From: Prevotella sp.
GTDB taxonomy: Bacteria; Bacteroidota; Bacteroidia; Bacteroidales; Dysgonomonadaceae
Assembly: GCA_031285625.1 (NCBI GenBank)
Contig: JAITVV010000056.1
Location: forward strand, 32,001-96,000
Length of the DNA stretch: 64,000 nt
Reading direction: 5' to 3'
Position numbers and translations under genes: made by a program. The notes under the pieces were generated by a model. It had not been told where the DNA came from, did not search any database, and saw nothing but the letters and a program-made list of their open reading frames with translations. Positions 62,002 to 64,000 of this stretch are shown piece after piece. Position 1 is the first letter of the stretch. Each line of letters opens with the position of its first letter.

Positions 62002-62352
62002 TAAGTATTGCGTTATTTATAGACTACAAAAGTAGCGTATTTCCCAGAGACCTGAAAGTAAAGCTATAAATATTTGTTAGTCAACCGGATAAATTACAAA
62101 AGGCAAATAAAGAGACGTCCAAACAATTATCTAAAACACAAAGAATTAAGATCAACTTATCAGATTTAGTCCTATTATTATAGCTTGATAAGTTTTTTCT
62201 ATAATCTATTTTATCATTACAGATATTCATTTCATACAGCAAACATGGCATTTGATACATATCAAAAAAGAAACCATACCTTATCCCAAGAAAACTTATA
62301 TATTTGTATATTAGTGCAATTTATTCCTAAATCGCAGCAAAAATACACAATT

Positions 62353-64000
62353 ATGAGAAAACATTTATTCCTCCTCAGTATTTTGGCCGTCTCATTTCTT
62401 TTTATGCTTAGTTCGTGTAAAAGAAGCGGTAGTAAAGAAATCAATCCTGAGTTTGCCAAGTATGTAGCAGCTTTCACGTATGGGAAAATATCTTCGAGTT
62501 CTGAAATACAAATTGAACTGACACAAGATATTCCTACAGCAGAATTAAATAAAGAAATAGAGCAGGATTTGTTCGAGTTTTCCCCGTCTATTAAGGGAAA
62601 GGCATATTGGACAAGCACCCGCACTATAAAGTTTGTACCCGAACCCGGCGAGCTAAAGCAGGGTAAAGAGTATGATGCATGGTTCAAACTCGATAAAGTA
62701 TTGCAAGTAGACAGCGACTTCAAGGAATTCTATTTTTTCTTCCGTGTACCTGAGCAGAATTTCAATGTAAATCTGCAACCTTATACACAGATGAAGGATA
62801 ACGATCTCACATGGAATACTGTGCAGGGAGAGATCCTTCTTGCTGATGATGCCAGCCCCGAAGATTTAAAAAGTATGCTTTCGTTATCAGGTGGAGACAA
62901 AGCAAATGACGCTAAAATAAAGATTACTCCTACAGAGACCAAGGGTAGATATAACTTGATAATCGATAGCCTTTACAGAAGCAGTCAGGAACTGGAATAT
63001 ACACTGCATATCAAAGGCAGTGTAATCAATGCGAAGAGAGATGATGAAAAAAAGATAACAATGCCGGCGATCTCCGACTTTAAGGTGTTGGATGTAACTA
63101 TGGAATATTCTCCCCAAGAGTGCGTACGTATTACATTCAGCGACCCACTATCGCTCAATCAGAATATACAGGGATTGGTTAAGCCTGGAATTATAGAAAG
63201 TTTCTCTTTCGACACACAAAAAAATATATTAAAGTTATATCTGGATAAGACCACCAGAGGGACAAGCACGGAACTCAAAATATTTAAGGAATTAAAGAAT
63301 TCTCAGAATAAATCATTGGATAAGGATTATACATTCAGTGTAAACTTCGAAAAGAATAAACCGGAAATACAAGTTCCTAACTCAGGAAATATACTTCCTA
63401 ATTCGGATAACCTTATTATTCCGTTTCAGGCAGTAAATCTATGGGCCGTGAATGTACAGGTAATTAAAATATATGAAAACAATATCTTAGGGTATTTACA
63501 GTCGAACGACTTTGGAGGGAGCAATGAGCTTAAACGTTTTGGCCGTCTGGTTCTGAAAAAACGTATCAGATTGGATGAAGACCCAACTTTGAAACTCGAT
63601 GAGTGGAATAATTTCTCCCTTGACTTGGCTTCAATGATGAAGCAGGATCCGGGAGCAGTATACAGGGTTGAATTCACCATGCAGAAGGAGTATTCTCTAT
63701 ACCCATGTGAAGGTATGGTACCTCAGATACCAAAAGATGCAGCCTTGGAACGTTTCGACAATGATATGGACGAAGACGATGAAGCACAATGGGATAATCC
63801 CGGTTATTACTATTATTCCGATGAGTGGGATTGGGACTATTACGATTGGCAACAAAGAGAGAATCCGTGTGACCCTACATACTATATGAATAAAACCTCA
63901 TATGCTGTAGTATTAGCATCCAACATAGGTATGACTGCTAAAATGGGATCGGAAAAGAAAATGACTGTGGCCTTAACCGATATATTGACTACGAATCCGA
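62353..64000 (+). CDS. Bacterial alpha-2-macroglobulin lipoprotein, N-terminal part (runs off window)
   Basis: Read manually: MRKHLFLLSILAVSFLFMLSSC lipobox, YVAAFTYG.IS, PFQAVNLWAV..IKIYENN...LQ, PGAVYRVE, NPC...YY, LASNIG. Confidence 0.85.
   Translation, partial: MRKHLFLLSILAVSFLFMLSSCKRSGSKEINPEFAKYVAAFTYGKISSSSEIQIELTQDIPTAELNKEIEQDLFEFSPSIKGKAYWTSTRTIKFVPEPGELKQGKEYDAWFKLDKVLQVDSDFKEFYFFFRVPEQNFNVNLQPYTQMKDNDLTWNTVQGEILLADDASPEDLKSMLSLSGGDKANDAKIKITPTETKGRYNLIIDSLYRSSQELEYTLHIKGSVINAKRDDEKKITMPAISDFKVLDVTMEYSPQECVRITFSDPLSLNQNIQGLVKPGIIESFSFDTQKNILKLYLDKTTRGTSTELKIFKELKNSQNKSLDKDYTFSVNFEKNKPEIQVPNSGNILPNSDNLIIPFQAVNLWAVNVQVIKIYENNILGYLQSNDFGGSNELKRFGRLVLKKRIRLDEDPTLKLDEWNNFSLDLASMMKQDPGAVYRVEFTMQKEYSLYPCEGMVPQIPKDAALERFDNDMDEDDEAQWDNPGYYYYSDEWDWDYYDWQQRENPCDPTYYMNKTSYAVVLASNIGMTAKMGSEKKMTVALTDILTTNP

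Noticed and set aside
62262-63889. Short ORFs listed in the track at the window end
   Set aside because: Overlap the long truncated alpha-2-macroglobulin frame starting at 62353

Overview
AT-rich chromosomal window from a Bacteroidales bacterium. TAnnTTTG -7 promoter boxes, A-rich SD-less starts and the gene content look Dysgonomonas-like (inference). Most of it is housekeeping and envelope genes: DPP-III, a RelA/SpoT homolog, aroQ, pyk, rbfA, engB, pit, rpsA, a TolC/HlyD/ABC-2 set, rlmD, an ECF sigma, glyA, OmpA, rhomboid and a partial alpha-2-macroglobulin. The outstanding feature is a compact accessory unit at ~18.6-20.2 kb, between the O-methyltransferase gene and rbfA. It comprises a promoter with a candidate palindromic operator, a 443-aa protein of unrecognised function and, starting 3 nt after its stop codon, two tandem cloverleaf tRNA-like genes. 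Both carry 8-nt anticodon loops (CUCUUUAU and CUCUGGGU, i.e. Lys-UUU and Pro-UGG loops plus one extra C), extended acceptor stems, no encoded CCA and compensatory stem changes. Other observations: a thrice-repeated ~50-bp intergenic element with terminal inverted repeats, a 19-bp duplication of the rpsA promoter core flanking a lipoprotein paralog pair, an orphan colicin-type immunity gene, a WG-repeat gene remnant and several single-base frameshifts (possibly assembly errors). All family calls are by eye from motifs; no searches were run.
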